64,000 nucleotides of DNA, from positions 62,001 through 126,000 of the forward strand of contig NIVC01001829.1 in assembly GCA_002269645.1 (NCBI GenBank), written 5' to 3'. This document shows, one piece after another, positions 61,692-64,000 of this stretch. How positions within the stretch are numbered: the stretch's first letter is position 1; every line of letters starts with the position of its first letter. The notes under the pieces were generated by a model that was not told the DNA's origin, made no database searches, and saw only the letters and a list, made by a program, of their open reading frames with translations. Origin of the DNA: Macrostomum lignano (lineage: Eukaryota). The position numbers and the translations under genes were made by a program.

Positions 61692-62899
61692 CATCCTCCC
61701 TGAGGAAGTATCTGCCGTTGAAGGAAGCTATTATTGTAATAGTACATGTACTGTTATGCAGATCTCGAGTAACATGCAAATATTAGTCCATTATTTAAGT
61801 TCTCTTCTTTCCTGGCGTACGAGTATAGCTTTGCTGGTTCTTTTGAGGCGATACAAAATAAGGGTTAATGACGAACTTCTATTAACATAAAATAGCTGCA
61901 CATGATAATCTGTTCTCTTTTCCTCTTTGTCGTAGTTAGAAATGCTCGTCATTCATAATGCTTTTTCAGAAATTCGAACTTGAATTTTTTATTTAGCTCT
62001 AAACCGAACAGGTTAAGCCTTGCTTAGACTAGGACAAGCAGCGTATATGCAGGAAGCGAGGATCACGTTTCACGGAAAAGGTTTTGAAGGCCACTTTTCG
62101 CCGAGAAATACACTACGTAGACAGGAAGTCTTTATTTTCTCAGCACAAAATTTTTATTGCCCGTTCAAAACGAGGGTTAATATTGAGGGTTAATTATAAC
62201 TAAATACATGTAGCTTAATGGTTAATTAACTTTCAAACAATAGTAAATTTCGTCACGCTATTAACGTTTATTAACGTAAATTAACTGACACCGCTGCTGC
62301 GCTGGTGAAGTAAATTTCGGCAAATAATCCTTCCGCAAAATCTTCCAGGGAGCAAATTTACTGCTGAAAGGTAATTTACCTAGCCGGCACCATGCGTTCA
62401 GCAGGTTAATTTACTTTGCCTAAGTGAATTTAATTTCTCGTTTAATTCACTTTACATGATGAGCAAATGTACTCCGTGGTTTGATTCCCTGTGTGCGATT
62501 TGTACATGTAGATCACGAATGACGTCATGACGTTTTGCTAAATGTAAATTCAATACTTCAATACTACAGCCTAATGCATCGCAGTTTATGTGCCCTTTCT
62601 CAGGACAAAAAATATACTAAGAAGTTTTGTGCTGATAAATTTTGATGCTGGTAAACTGTTGAAAAAAAGATACACGTTCTTAACTGCTGAATATATAATA
62701 TAAAAAGAACAAGAAAATACAAAACAAATGCAGTGAAAAATATAAAAAACGTGAACAGAGATCAGAACAGAAAAACACATTGCAAAACGCAGTACTGCGC
62801 CAAGTCCTAGCTCTAGGGTGCAAGCGAGTCTATGCGAGCTACAGCTCATGAAGAGACAGCTCTTCAATCACCTGACTCCAATCTTTATTGTTCAATTCT

Positions 62900-63622
62900 G
62901 CGTCGGTTGCATCTAAGGAGACTCAGTTCTGACGTTGGACTTCAGAAGGGAGCGAGAGAATAGGTGGATTTCTGCCTAGGTGATCGTCCGCACAGGACCT
63001 CTGTCCTATAGACTGTTGGTCAACGGACAAGCCTGGAAGCGACACGTCGACCAAATCGTCAGAGCAGAATTACCTGGACACAACAAACTCGTCATCTATC
63101 ATTTGAACTACTCTCTGAACTATTCTGGAGGATCCTAAGAGAGTTCAGAGCGACCAAACTACCACCGAGAAAGAGCGGCGAGAGACTGAATCAACTCAGC
63201 GGGTCCAAGAAGTCCCAAGCCGAGGAGAATCTCAGGCAGCGGACACAGACCAGGATGACGCTGACCCTGGAGCAGAAGGATACTGAGCAATCGAAGCAAG
63301 CTGAGAAGACCGGATCGCCTACAGTATAGTTAAAGCATGCGGATCCGGAGAAAAAATATTGACAAAGGGGGAATGTTTTGTATAGATAAAAGACTAAACG
63401 GACTTTAGTTATCTCTGCATGTCCATTGTCTAGGGTAGGACCTTTTATTACCTTAAGAGCTGAATACTACAGTACCGCAAAGAACAATCATCTGCGTGCG
63501 CTCGCTAGAGGCAAATATAAGCCGTGAACCGCGGTACTCTAAACAAAGCTTCTTCGACTTATATTTTTATGCCCGATGATAGCCTTCAGGCTGTAATAAT
63601 TGTTGAAGTACAAGACGTAACA
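62900..63622 (+). mobile_element. Second Mag-like Gypsy 3' remnant with LTR 63374-63622
   Basis: GDSVLTLDFR..RW..GPLSY..WKRHVDQ, tail LRRPDRLQYS*, PPT AAAGGGGGAA, LTR TGTT..AACA. Confidence 0.8.
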
Positions 63623-63624
63623 CT

Positions 63625-63890
63625 GACGTACCCAAGCATTGAAAGCTCTCGCCTCATTACAACTTGCGAGTCACTGAGCTGAGCATCGATTGCAGCGGCC
63701 GATGCCTCATCCACAGTCGCAGAGTAGCTACCAGAGACCGGGTTCTCATAACAAAAAGCTTACAGGAAAACTGGAAGTTCAACCTGTTTCCACCACCTGT
63801 TTCCAATCGCACATACAGCGTCTTGCTTCCAACCCCCCTTGACAGTCGGTGTGTTGCGGAAGATGCTGTGGCATCCAGTATTTGTTGCAT
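63625..63890 (-). pseudogene. Inverted DEG/ENaC N-terminal fragment, TM1 deleted
   Basis: MQQILDATASSATHRLSR.., then DNA closely matching copy 1 at about 51015-51145; cut by the LTR at 63622. Confidence 0.85.
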
Positions 63891-64000
63891 TCTCCTTCAG
63901 AGCTCTAGTGTGCTGCACTTATAATGCAGTGTTTCAAAACTTTGCTAAGCTTTCATTTTGGCTGCTAGTCATAAATCGCAATCTATAAGCTGTGCAAACA

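Overview
AT-rich eukaryotic (invertebrate metazoan-like) genomic DNA; spliceosomal introns and no prokaryotic features. About two thirds is transposon-derived and often nested: a broken LINE, three 5'-truncated Ty3/Gypsy elements that each carry an extra non-Env ORF between pol and the PPT, several long LTRs with tRNA-Leu PBSs, a full-length Mag-clade Gypsy (TSD CTAGT) interrupted by an EnSpm/CACTA element, a MULE, two mariner relics, a Harbinger derivative, a MITE and several minisatellites. Host genes: an RCCD1 homologue, a 5-exon CXorf65/C22orf15-family gene missed by the ORF track, and a cluster of intronless DEG/ENaC channel genes (2 intact, 3 fragments). Most notable: (1) the Gypsy group with an env-position extra ORF and a conserved second PBS-like motif inside the LTR, stacked in one LTR; (2) DEG/ENaC paralogues with near-identical blocks alternating with hypervariable finger/thumb blocks and a Cys-depleted thumb. 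All assignments come from motif recognition by eye; no database search was run.
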